From: Methanosphaera stadtmanae DSM 3091
Lineage (GTDB): Archaea; Methanobacteriota; Methanobacteria; Methanobacteriales; Methanobacteriaceae
Length of the DNA: 32,000 nt
Reading direction: 5' to 3'
Assembly (NCBI RefSeq): GCF_000012545.1
Contig: NC_007681.1
Location: 570,001-602,000 of the forward strand
Part shown: piece after piece, positions 18,323 through 28,136 of the stretch
Layout: each line of letters starts with the position of its first letter
Position numbering within the stretch: position 1 is the first letter of the stretch
Program-made: the position numbers and the translations under genes
Notes under the pieces: generated by a model
The model's database searches: none
What the model was told of the DNA's origin: nothing
What the model saw: the letters and a program-made list of their open reading frames with translations, nothing else

Positions 18323-18509
18323 TTTTAATAAATTAATTAATCAATGTATCTTTTTTTTAAAAATCATTTTTTTGTTATAATACATTAATACTACTGTTAT
18401 ATATGTTTATAATTTAATAAATACTTTAATTTAATTAAAATTATAAATAATAATGGTATTAAAACATATTTTTTTTACATTTATACAAAAATATTTAAAA
18501 AAAATAAAA

Positions 18510-19169
18510 TTAAATATCCAATTCAGATTTATATAACTGGCATAAATCTGTGAAAGGACATTCAATATGTTGGGGATTAATAGGCTTACAAATATTTTGA
18601 CCAAACTGAACCATTAAATCATTAATTGGAAGCCAATATTCCTGTGGAACAATCTCTCTTAAAACCTCTTCTGTATCTTCTGGTTTATCTGTATGAACAA
18701 GACCGAGTCTATTGGATATTCTATGAACATGAACATCAACAGGAATAGCATCCTTCTGAAAACCAAATACTAAAACACAGTTAGCAGTTTTACGTCCAAC
18801 ACCAGGTAATTTAAGTAATTCTTCAAGAGTATCTGGAACAACACCATCATATTCCTCTAATAAAATATTAGATACTTCCTTGATACGTGCAGCTTTAACA
18901 TTATAAAATCCTGCCTGTCTTACAAGATTAGCAATATCATCAACAGGAGCATCTGCTATTTCTTCCATGGTATGATACACATTGAATAAATTTTCTGTAG
19001 CTTTATCAGTATTTTCATCCCTTGTTCTCTGGGATAAAATAGTTCTTATGAGAACTTCATATGGTGTTTGTTCAAGAAAAGTTCTGCGAGTAAATATTTC
19101 CTCAAGTTTATCAACAATAAATTTAATTTCATCAACAGTATAATTACCCTTCATATTTTCTTTAATCAC
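18510..19169 (-). CDS. nth: Endonuclease III (HhH-GPD DNA glycosylase/AP lyase)
   Basis: 219 aa. ILSQRTRDE, helix-hairpin-helix [26 protein letters not shown], and a C-terminal Fe-S motif region. GTG start preceded by AGGGTGA. Confidence 0.9.
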   Translation of the reverse strand: MIKENMKGNYTVDEIKFIVDKLEEIFTRRTFLEQTPYEVLIRTILSQRTRDENTDKATENLFNVYHTMEEIADAPVDDIANLVRQAGFYNVKAARIKEVSNILLEEYDGVVPDTLEELLKLPGVGRKTANCVLVFGFQKDAIPVDVHVHRISNRLGLVHTDKPEDTEEVLREIVPQEYWLPINDLMVQFGQNICKPINPQHIECPFTDLCQLYKSELDI

Positions 19170-19189
19170 AAACTCACCCTCTTATATTC

Positions 19190-20470
19190 TTATTCTTCTG
19201 AAATTGTATGCATTACTTCTAAAAAGTTTGGGAATGAAATATCATAGCAACTTGCATCTTTAATAATAATATTTCCAATTTTAAGTCCAAGAACATAAAA
19301 TGCCATTACCATTCTATGATCCATGTGGGAGTCAACATAACCACCAGTAGGATTACCTTTTATAATAAGTCCATCCTGTAGTTCTTCAACATCCACACCA
19401 ACATTTTCAAGTTCAACAGCACAGTTATGAACTCTATCTGTTTCTTTAAATCGTGCATGTTCAACTCCAGTTATTTTAGATACACCTTCAGCTTGTGCCA
19501 TGAGAATAGATATTGTAGGAAGTAAATCTGGCGCATCTTCTAGATTAATATCAAATGCTTTAAGATTACCATCACTTTCAATATGTATTTGATCATCATC
19601 CACTGTAACTTCAGCTCCCATTTTCTTAATAATATCTATGATTATCTTATCTCCCTGCATAGAATCCTTATAAAGATTTTTAACAGTTAGATTTGATGGA
19701 AGCATTGCAGCTGCTGCTAATATGTATGATGCAGAGGAATAATCTCCCTCAATAGTATAATCAGTAGCTTCATATTTCTGTGGTTCAATATAGTATGATG
19801 AATACTCTGGAATATTGGTTGTATCATATTCAAAATCTATACCAAACTTACTTATAACAGACAGTGTCATGTTAACATATGGTTTAGATACAAATGTTCC
19901 CTTTACATTAAGGGTTACAGGCTTTTTAGAATATGGTGCAGCCATAATAATTGATGATATAAATTGACTACTAACATCACCCTTAATATCTGTCTGACCA
20001 CCTTCAAATCCACCTTTAACAATGATTGGAGGAGTTCCATTACTTTGTGATGATGATATTTGAACTCCAAGATTTTCTAGTGCATCAATTAAGTCTTGCA
20101 TTGGTCTTTTTCTTAGTGATTCATCACCAGTAAATATTGTGTAATTTGCTCTGGGTGCTATTGCTGCAACACTACTTAGTATTCTAACACTAGTACCAGA
20201 ATTTTTAACATCAATTATATTTTCTGGTGTTCTTATATATCCTGCAGTACCTTGTACAATACATTTATCAGGATATCTTTGAAATAATGCTCCTAATTGT
20301 TCACATGCTTCTAATGTAGCTATAGTATCTGCTGAATATAGGGGATCTCTTAGTATTGATTGACCTTCTGCTAGTGCAGCTGCTATAAATGCTCTGTGTG
20401 AATAACTTTTTGAAGCTGGAGCCTTTATAACTCCAGAAATTTTATTTATTTTTTCAACTTGTAAATCCAT
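19190..20470 (-). CDS. aroA: 3-phosphoshikimate 1-carboxyvinyltransferase (EPSP synthase)
   Basis: 426 aa. KSYSHRAFIAAALA, KNSGTSVRIL, LRKRPM and ETDRV-type motifs. GAGGTAAT Shine-Dalgarno sequence before the ATG. Confidence 0.92.
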   Translation of the reverse strand: MDLQVEKINKISGVIKAPASKSYSHRAFIAAALAEGQSILRDPLYSADTIATLEACEQLGALFQRYPDKCIVQGTAGYIRTPENIIDVKNSGTSVRILSSVAAIAPRANYTIFTGDESLRKRPMQDLIDALENLGVQISSSQSNGTPPIIVKGGFEGGQTDIKGDVSSQFISSIIMAAPYSKKPVTLNVKGTFVSKPYVNMTLSVISKFGIDFEYDTTNIPEYSSYYIEPQKYEATDYTIEGDYSSASYILAAAAMLPSNLTVKNLYKDSMQGDKIIIDIIKKMGAEVTVDDDQIHIESDGNLKAFDINLEDAPDLLPTISILMAQAEGVSKITGVEHARFKETDRVHNCAVELENVGVDVEELQDGLIIKGNPTGGYVDSHMDHRMVMAFYVLGLKIGNIIIKDASCYDISFPNFLEVMHTISEE

Positions 20471-20525
20471 AATTATTACCTCGGAAATTCATTTAAAAAA
20501 AGAGATAAAAGGTGGGGGAGTTTAG

Positions 20526-23165
20526 TTATTGTTGAACTTCAAGGAGAATATTATATTTCTCAGTTTTTAGTATATCAACAACTTCTCCTGTTTTACTAAC
20601 AAGTTCAGAATCTACTACTGTAATGTGTTCATTTGTAAATGCAACATTATCAACTTGAACTTCACCTTTTTCATCTAATGTTTTTGCTATTTCTTCTGGA
20701 TTATTGTTTGATATATAATCTATGATTTTCTTAGCATCCTGTTTAAATTCTGGTCCAACTTTACTCATAACAGGTTCAATTGCAAGTACTTTTTCATGTA
20801 AATCAGGTTTACCATTAACAACTGTGATATTATCCACCTTATTTGTGTTTTTAATATCTTCAATTGTAAGTTCTACCTTTTCAACATCAGTAGTGTATAT
20901 GTTAACAGTATTTAATGGTTGATTTAATGGTATTCCTTTTGATGACTTGTATCTTCTAAGTTCATCAATAATATCAATAGCATAACTACCTACAATTTCA
21001 ACATCATCATTAATTAATTCATCATTGAGTTCTGGCCATCCACCTTGATGTAGGGCCATGGAATCATTACCCAGGTATTGATTTACAGTATCAGCAAAGA
21101 ATGGAGTTATTGGAGCCATAAGTGCAAGTGTAGTTTCAATAACTGTTTTAAGAGTATATTTAGCATCATTTGTAGAGTCAATATCTTCATATAATCTGTA
21201 TTTTACAGCTTCAATATATTCATCACAGAAATCATGCCATACAAAGTCATATATTGCCTGTTCAGCTGTAGCAAAATTATATTCCTCAAATGCTTGTGTA
21301 ACTGTCTGATTTAATCTGTTAAGTTTTGATAAAATCCATTTATCAATAATATTATTTTCAGATAAATTATCAGACACATTTTCATCTAAATGCATACTAA
21401 TAAATCTAAATGCATTCCAGAATTTACGGAGGAATTTATATGCATGCTTAATATCCTTCCAACCAAATGGAACATCTGCACCAGGAACACTATTAGCAGA
21501 CCATAATCTAAGAGCATCTGCACCATATTCCTCAATAACTTCCTCTGGAGCAATAACATTTCCAAGAGATTTACTCATTTTATGACCATCTTCACCAAAT
21601 ACCATACCATTAACTACGATTTCATCAAATGGTTTTTCTCCAGTAAGAGCATAACATCTAAGAATAGTGTAAAATGCCCAAGTTCTAATAATATCATGAC
21701 CTTGTGGTCTTAAAGTTGCAGGATAAACATTTTCCCAACCTTCATTTGGCCAATTGGCTATTGTAAGAGGTGTTATGGAACTATCCATCCATGTATCAAG
21801 AACATCTTCTTCTGGTGTGAAACTATTACAACCACAACTACAAGAGTGGTCTGGTTTATCTATTGTAGGATCTACTGGTAATTGTTCAACACTTGGAAGT
21901 ACAACCTTATGACAATCATCACAATACCATACAGGTATAGGTGTTGCAAAGATTCTTTGTCTTGAAATACACCAATCCCAATCCATGGAATGAGCCCAGT
22001 TTTCAAGTCTTTGATACATATGACCTGGTACCCATCTCATACTTTTTGCTTGTTCAACAATATCCTCATTCATCTTATTTGCTGCAACAAACCATTGTTT
22101 TTTAGTCATTATTTCAATAGGTGTTTTACATCTCCAACATAAACCAACATTCTGGTCCACATCTTCTTGTTTTATAAGATAACTTTCTTCTTTTAAATCT
22201 TCAATAATACTGCTACGACATTCCTTAATAGTCATTCCAGCATATTTACCAGCTACAGGTAACATTTCACCTTTTTCATCAATAGCATTGATTATGTCAA
22301 GATTATAACGTGTAACCCATTCAACATCAGTTTTATCCCCAAAGGTACAAATCATTACCACACCAGTACCATACTCTAAATCTACAGTGGCATCGGTAAT
22401 AATTTTAACTTCTCTTCCATATATAGGAAGTTTCACAGTTTTTCCATGAAGATTTTTGTATCGTTCATCATCAGGATGTACAACTACAGCAACACATGCA
22501 CATAATAATTCCGGTCTTGTAGTAGCAATTGTAGCATTACCTGAACCATCAGCAGCTGGGAAATTAATATAATTTAATTTAGTAGTATTATCAGAGTATT
22601 CTACCTCTGCAAATGCAATAGCTGTTTCACAACGAGGACACCAATTAATAGGATGAATATCTTGATAAATCATATCTTGATTATATAATTTAAGAAATGA
22701 TAACTGTGTTCTTTTCTTGTTTTCTGGAAGCATTGTAATATATTCATGATCCCAGTCTTGAGAATATCCCATTTTACGCATTTGAAGTCTCATTTTCTCA
22801 ATATTTTCATGTGTTAAATCTATACAGTAATCCCTAAATGTTTCACGAGAAACATCATTCTTCTTAATATTATGAATTTCTTCAACTTTAACTTCTGTAG
22901 GAAGACCATGACAATCCCATCCCTGTGGGAATAACACATCAAAATTATTCATACGTTTATACCTTGCAATAATATCCATGTAAACCCAGTTTAAGACGTG
23001 TCCCATGTGAAGTTTACCTGTTGGATATGGTGGTGGTGTATCAATAATATATGTTGGTTTAGTACCATCACCTATAAAACGATAAGTGTTATCCTTTTGC
23101 CATAAATCTTGTAATTCTTCTTCTTTAGTATGATCATAATCCTTTGGAATGTCATTACTTTTCAT
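20526..23165 (-). CDS. valS: Valine--tRNA ligase
   Basis: 879 aa. [13 protein letters not shown] (HIGH-type), [23 protein letters not shown] (ValRS editing-domain signature), [12 protein letters not shown] (KMSKS). AGGAGA Shine-Dalgarno sequence upstream. Confidence 0.92.
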   Translation of the reverse strand: MKSNDIPKDYDHTKEEELQDLWQKDNTYRFIGDGTKPTYIIDTPPPYPTGKLHMGHVLNWVYMDIIARYKRMNNFDVLFPQGWDCHGLPTEVKVEEIHNIKKNDVSRETFRDYCIDLTHENIEKMRLQMRKMGYSQDWDHEYITMLPENKKRTQLSFLKLYNQDMIYQDIHPINWCPRCETAIAFAEVEYSDNTTKLNYINFPAADGSGNATIATTRPELLCACVAVVVHPDDERYKNLHGKTVKLPIYGREVKIITDATVDLEYGTGVVMICTFGDKTDVEWVTRYNLDIINAIDEKGEMLPVAGKYAGMTIKECRSSIIEDLKEESYLIKQEDVDQNVGLCWRCKTPIEIMTKKQWFVAANKMNEDIVEQAKSMRWVPGHMYQRLENWAHSMDWDWCISRQRIFATPIPVWYCDDCHKVVLPSVEQLPVDPTIDKPDHSCSCGCNSFTPEEDVLDTWMDSSITPLTIANWPNEGWENVYPATLRPQGHDIIRTWAFYTILRCYALTGEKPFDEIVVNGMVFGEDGHKMSKSLGNVIAPEEVIEEYGADALRLWSANSVPGADVPFGWKDIKHAYKFLRKFWNAFRFISMHLDENVSDNLSENNIIDKWILSKLNRLNQTVTQAFEEYNFATAEQAIYDFVWHDFCDEYIEAVKYRLYEDIDSTNDAKYTLKTVIETTLALMAPITPFFADTVNQYLGNDSMALHQGGWPELNDELINDDVEIVGSYAIDIIDELRRYKSSKGIPLNQPLNTVNIYTTDVEKVELTIEDIKNTNKVDNITVVNGKPDLHEKVLAIEPVMSKVGPEFKQDAKKIIDYISNNNPEEIAKTLDEKGEVQVDNVAFTNEHITVVDSELVSKTGEVVDILKTEKYNILLEVQQ

Positions 23166-23370
23166 TTAATGTGTATCTCCTAAATCATGTTGATGTAAAT
23201 AAAAATAAATTCAAAATACTTAAATTGAAAATCATTGTAATATAATACAATGAAATTTTACATTATAATATAATATATGTAAAAAATAGAATATATTCTT
23301 TATTCAAAAATTACAATAACTATTAAAGAATAAAAATATTAACATATACAAAAGAAAGGAAACAATCCAT

Positions 23371-25581
23371 ATGCAAAAAAGACAACTTCATTCATTAAAA
23401 CAAAAACTAGCATCAAAACTATATCCTCTAGCACTTCTAAAAAATAAAAACAAAATAGGAAACCTAAAAAACCTATTCATAACAATAAAAGGATACAGAC
23501 AAATAAGAAAAAACAATCTATTTGACACAGAATACTATCTAGAAAATCATGAATCAGTAAGAAAAGATGGAATGGATGCATTATTACACTACATATACTA
23601 TGGAAGTAAAAAAGGATACAATCCATCAATTGAATTTAACACAAACAAATACCTAAAAGAAAACAAAGATGTAGAAAAATCTAATATAAACCCACTGATA
23701 CACTATGCAGTATATGGAATAAGTGAAAATAGAAAAAATACTTCATTAACAAAAAAACAAATAGAAAAACTTAGGGAAAAAATAAATAATGACAACAAAA
23801 ACAAGTTACCTCTAATAAAAAAACCATTAGTATCAATAATAATCATAACACACAATGGTGAAAATCATATAAAAAGACTACTAACAAAATTTACCAAACT
23901 AAAACAATATAATAACTATGAACTAATAATATGGGACAATGCATCAGAAGATAATACAAAAGACACAATAAAAAAATTCACAAATCTAAACATAACATTA
24001 ATAGAAAATAAAACAAATGAAACATTCTCCAAGGCAAATAATGAAGCTGTAAAAAAAGCAAAAGGAAACTACCTACTATTTTTAAACAATGATATAGAAC
24101 CACTAGATGGATTTATAAATCATTTGATGAATGTAATATTAAATAAAGAAAATGTGGGGTGTGTAGGGGCAAGACTAATCTATCCAGACTGTTCAAACTC
24201 AAAAATAAATCAGGAAAAATCATACACCATACAACATGAAGGAATAATATTTAAAGCCTGTGACTATATAAAACCAGTAAATAAAAACAATGGACAAAAA
24301 TACTATACAAACACAAACATACAAGTCCAACAAATAATAGCCATAACAGCAGCATGTATGCTAATTAAGAAATCAGTATTTAATAAGGTGGGTGGTTTTC
24401 AAGAAGAGTATGTATATGGTTATGAAGATGTAGATCTATGTCTAAAACTACACAAGAGTGGATATAAAAACTACTACACACCACAAGCAATGTTATATCA
24501 CTATGAATTTGGAACACAGGAAATGGAAGAAAATAAAGTAGTAACACAAAGAAGAGAAAAAAATCATGAAATATTCATAAAAAAATGGAACACATACCTT
24601 AAAAAACAACTAAAAGAGGATTTAATAAACAACAACCAAATCATAACAGATAAAAGCTTAACAATAGCCTTTGTAGTAACACAAGCCCAGAAAAACACAA
24701 CAGCTGGAGATTATTTTACAGCACAAACATTAGCAAGTAGTCTTAAAAGAGAATATGGATGGAATATAAAGTACTTGGAAAAAGGTAAAGACTGGTATAA
24801 CATACCAGAATATGTGGATGTAATAATAAGTATGCTAGATAATTACAACATAGAAAAAATCAAAACAAACAACAAATACATAATAAAAATAGCATGGCCA
24901 CGTAACTGGTTTGACAGATGGATGAATAAAGATTATTTCAAAGACTACAACATAATTCTATCAAGCTCTAAAAAAGCATGTGCTAGTATAACACAAAAAA
25001 CAGGAAAAAAAGCAATATTCTATCCAATAGCCACAGACACAGACATGTTCAATGAAAATATATCACCACAAAAAAAATATGAAAGTGATTATTGTTTTAC
25101 AGGAAGTTACTGGATGGCAAAACGTGAAATAATTGATTTTCTAGATCCAACACAAATAAAACACACATTTAAATTATATGGTGCAAACTGGGATAAAATA
25201 GAAAAATTCAAACCATACTATCAGGGATTTATAAACTACAAAGAAATACCACAAATCTATGCCTCAACAAAAATAGTAATAGATGATGCAAACCATGTAA
25301 CAAAAGAATGGGGCTCAGTAAATAGTAGGGTATTTGATACAATAGCATCTGGAAAACTAGTAATAACAAATGGAAATCGGGGAAATCAGGACTTATTTAA
25401 TGGAAAAATACCAGAATATCATTCAAAAGAAGAACTAAAAGATGTAATAAATTATTATATGGAACATAGTGATAAAAGAAATGAAAAAATAAAAGAATTA
25501 CAAAAAATAGTGCTAAATAAACATACCTATACTATAAGAGCTAAGAAACTTAAAAGAATTATAGAAGAGTATGAATTTTAA
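23371..25581 (+). CDS. Glycosyltransferase: N-terminal repeat module, GT2, and a C-terminal GT1-like (CgeB/Glyco_trans_1_2-like) domain
   Basis: 736 aa. Repeat module aa 10-122 (23398..23736) is about 62% identical by hand alignment to aa 36-148 of the 836-aa GT. GT2 at about 23824..24570 (VSIIIITHNG...LIIWDNASEDNT...LFLNNDIEP...GYEDVDLCLK). C-terminal region at about 24660..25578 with YASTKIVIDDANH...NSRVFDTIASGKLVITNG. Confidence 0.85.
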   Translation: MQKRQLHSLKQKLASKLYPLALLKNKNKIGNLKNLFITIKGYRQIRKNNLFDTEYYLENHESVRKDGMDALLHYIYYGSKKGYNPSIEFNTNKYLKENKDVEKSNINPLIHYAVYGISENRKNTSLTKKQIEKLREKINNDNKNKLPLIKKPLVSIIIITHNGENHIKRLLTKFTKLKQYNNYELIIWDNASEDNTKDTIKKFTNLNITLIENKTNETFSKANNEAVKKAKGNYLLFLNNDIEPLDGFINHLMNVILNKENVGCVGARLIYPDCSNSKINQEKSYTIQHEGIIFKACDYIKPVNKNNGQKYYTNTNIQVQQIIAITAACMLIKKSVFNKVGGFQEEYVYGYEDVDLCLKLHKSGYKNYYTPQAMLYHYEFGTQEMEENKVVTQRREKNHEIFIKKWNTYLKKQLKEDLINNNQIITDKSLTIAFVVTQAQKNTTAGDYFTAQTLASSLKREYGWNIKYLEKGKDWYNIPEYVDVIISMLDNYNIEKIKTNNKYIIKIAWPRNWFDRWMNKDYFKDYNIILSSSKKACASITQKTGKKAIFYPIATDTDMFNENISPQKKYESDYCFTGSYWMAKREIIDFLDPTQIKHTFKLYGANWDKIEKFKPYYQGFINYKEIPQIYASTKIVIDDANHVTKEWGSVNSRVFDTIASGKLVITNGNRGNQDLFNGKIPEYHSKEELKDVINYYMEHSDKRNEKIKELQKIVLNKHTYTIRAKKLKRIIEEYEF
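23548..23628 (+). repeat. 81-nt inverted-repeat arm (partner at 11844..11924)
   Basis: 80/81 identity to the reverse complement of 11844..11924, with the single mismatch at 23579. Flanking sequence drops to much lower identity. Confidence 0.9.
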
Positions 25582-26261
25582 TCTACTATAATTTATTTTG
25601 AAGAATTGCTATGAATAGTGATAGTATTAACTTCTTTTTCTTTTTGAATATTTAACTTTTGAAGGTATATCATCAGTAATTTGGAAGTTTCTTATTGTAG
25701 TTTTATTTCTTGGTTTATCAGTTATCTCTTTTGGAGGCATATAATAGTCAGCTTTTCCCTGCTGTATACTTCTATGAACAGAGGAATATTCATCTTTATT
25801 TTGTATTTTATTATTTTTTAAATATTTATTTTTACTGAATTTTTTCTAAAAATAAAAATTTTTCATGAAAAAAATAGTCTTTTTTTAATTCTAATTAATT
25901 ATTATTACTTTCTTAATAAAAAGTATATTTATATTGAATATTAAATTGTTTTAATAGATGTATATATTTTTATTAACATGTTTTAGTAATCTAATATTCA
26001 TGTCGTGAAAACTGTTTTGTTTTATACTATTTTTTTTATTCGTTATATCAGGGTATAGCGAAGTAATAAAAAAATAAGTAAAAATGGAGAAAAATACACC
26101 CTAAATTTTAGAAAAAATAAAAAAATAGAAAAAAAATATTAACTGTAAAAATAAACCATGCAAAAACATTAAAAATACATCATGACATATACATGAATTA
26201 TAGTCAAAATTGTATTTTATGTAAAAATAAAAAAGTTAGAAAAAAATTTCCAAATTTAAAT

Positions 26262-26591
26262 TTAATAATAATAATGAATAGGTATTCCAACAAGTAGTGT
26301 CATGATTAATAAGACAATTATTATAAGAAGCAACACTACTATTAATTGTAAATTCTTATTTATATAATTTATTGAACTTTTCTTTAGAAATTCTTCTTCA
26401 TTATAATTATAATTGTCATAAGTTCCATGAATATGTTGATTTTTGAATTCTTGAGTAGTATATTGATTATAATTATGAGTTTGTTGATTATATGTATTTT
26501 CATCTGTTTTTAATGTTTGTAAAGTATTTCCACAGATTTTACACATATTCTGATTTTCATCATTTTCAGTTCCACAATTAGAACATTTCAT
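26262..26591 (-). CDS. Zinc-ribbon protein with an N/Q/Y-rich linker and a C-terminal TM anchor
   Basis: 109 aa. MKCSNCGTENDENQNMCKICGN gives a CxxC...CxxC motif. C-terminal LQLIVVLLLIIIVLLIMTLLVGIPI. Strong AAGGAGAA Shine-Dalgarno sequence upstream of the ATG. Confidence 0.7.
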   Translation of the reverse strand: MKCSNCGTENDENQNMCKICGNTLQTLKTDENTYNQQTHNYNQYTTQEFKNQHIHGTYDNYNYNEEEFLKKSSINYINKNLQLIVVLLLIIIVLLIMTLLVGIPIHYYY

Positions 26592-26621
26592 ATTGTTTAA
26601 TTCTCCTTTGAATTTTATAAT

Positions 26622-26925
26622 TTATTTTTGAGGATAATACTGGTTTGGGTTTTGTGGCTGATTTGATTGTTGTGAATACATTGCCTGTAATCTAAGACTT
26701 ATTGATTTTGCAAAATTTTGGAACTGATTTATTTCTATTTTTGTAAATCCTTCCTCGACTAATTTATAATATTTTTTTCACAATTCCATCGGGATTTTGA
26801 ACATAATATGTTATATTACCATAGTCATCTTCAGTATAATCATATGTAGCATATGCTGGTTCATTAACAACAGATGTTTCATCATTTGAAATAGTATCAT
26901 TATTAGTAGATATTGGTGTTGTCAT
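26622..26925 (-). pseudogene. Small ORF split by a single-base frameshift at an A7 run (T7 on the plus strand, 26772..26778)
   Basis: The ATG at 26925 reads MTTPISTNNDTISNDETSVVNEPAYATYDYTEDDYGNITYYVQNPDGIVKKIL and stops at 26764-26766. Removing one A from the run gives a continuous 100-aa ORF, ...GIVKKYYKLVEEGFTKIEINQFQNFAKSISLRLQAMYSQQSNQPQNPNQYYPQK, with its stop at 26622-26624. Confidence 0.5.
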
Positions 26926-26946
26926 AGAATCATCATTTAATATGTC

Positions 26947-27294
26947 TCAAGTTCCTTTGGCCATTAGGATGGGAATACCAATTCCAAGACCAACTGTTGC
27001 AAGACCTGCTCTATATAATCCTAATCTTTTAATATTTTCTTGTTTTCTTTTTTCACGTTTGTATTCTTCTTTTTCATGTTCATTTAAATTATCATAATGT
27101 TCTTTTTCCATTTTTTGTTTTTCAATTTCATCTATTGCATGTTCATCAATAGATTTATTAATATTATTTTTAATATTTTTTAAAGAATCATATTCATTTA
27201 TTTTATCATTGATATCCTTTATTGATTCATCAGTAGATAATTTATCACGAATATTTTTAATATTATTAAAGAATGCCATGAAATATTCCTCCAT
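26947..27294 (-). CDS. Charged coiled-coil protein with a glycine-zipper-like C-terminal membrane anchor
   Basis: 115 aa, K/E/N/D-rich helical region, then LGLYRAGLATVGLGIGIPILMA. The first ATG is followed by GGAGGAAT, and a second ATG lies at 27278 (MAFFNNIK). The second ATG may therefore be the real start, with GGAGG as its Shine-Dalgarno sequence. Confidence 0.6.
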   Translation of the reverse strand: MEEYFMAFFNNIKNIRDKLSTDESIKDINDKINEYDSLKNIKNNINKSIDEHAIDEIEKQKMEKEHYDNLNEHEKEEYKREKRKQENIKRLGLYRAGLATVGLGIGIPILMAKGT

Positions 27295-27396
27295 AATCTT
27301 ATGGTTTGAAGAAAAATAAAAGGATATTAAGGAATCTTTTTTTTTAAATTCAATTTTACAATAAAATTATTAATAATACCAAATATATCTTTCTAT

Positions 27397-28014
27397 ATGA
27401 AGAAAAAAACTATTGGAATTATATTATTACTAATTATTTTAATAATAGGGTCTTTTTTTCTATATATGGAATATATGAACTACTGTGATAGGGAAAATTT
27501 TAATAAAACAATAAAAACTGTTAGTGATTTTGAAAATAGAACTGATATAAACAGTATTGCTTTTGTTGATACTAGTCCTGTAACTTTAGATGAAGCAGTA
27601 TCCTTTGAAAAGAGTTTTAATGAAAATATTACTATTGAAATCAACATATTAAATCAATATAAAAATCAGACAAGTAATAAAACCTATCAAGAGTATGTTG
27701 ATATAGAAGTTAATCGTTTAATATATGAAAAAAGATCTGCTGAATTGACTCTTGAAATATGTGATTTGTGGAAAAAGGCAAAAACTGGTGAATTAAATCC
27801 ATATGATGCATTAAGTAAAGTTAAAGAGATAAACAATCAAAGTACAGAAGTAAATAATAAAGTTAATACAGAAAAGATAAATGCAATTAATTACTTGGAA
27901 AAACATCCAAATCTTAATAAAACATTAACAGATTTAGGAATTGATGAAGACTTTAATACATATGAGTTAGATGGAGGAGGTCCTAATATTTCCAAATTTA
28001 ATATTTATTATTAA
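27397..28014 (+). CDS. N-terminally membrane-anchored protein, unknown function
   Basis: 205 aa. MKKKTIGIILLLIILIIGSFFLY is a signal/anchor segment. The remainder is hydrophilic with eight N-x-S/T sequons. Confidence 0.55.
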   Translation: MKKKTIGIILLLIILIIGSFFLYMEYMNYCDRENFNKTIKTVSDFENRTDINSIAFVDTSPVTLDEAVSFEKSFNENITIEINILNQYKNQTSNKTYQEYVDIEVNRLIYEKRSAELTLEICDLWKKAKTGELNPYDALSKVKEINNQSTEVNNKVNTEKINAINYLEKHPNLNKTLTDLGIDEDFNTYELDGGGPNISKFNIYY

Positions 28015-28136
28015 AAGTAATATCTATTAATCTTTTTATACTTTTTTTTAAACTAAATCAACTACTCTTATAATTAAACTAATATATCTTTAAATATATA
28101 GATTATATTGTCTAATTAAAAGAAAAAAATGGATTT

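Noticed and set aside
4466-25581. The GT island as a mobile element or genomic island bounded by repeats
   Set aside because: No integrase, transposase, tRNA attachment site or flanking direct repeats were seen. The only long repeat is the internal 81-nt inverted pair inside coding sequence. Composition looks similar to the flanking housekeeping genes by eye, though I could not compute GC or codon statistics.
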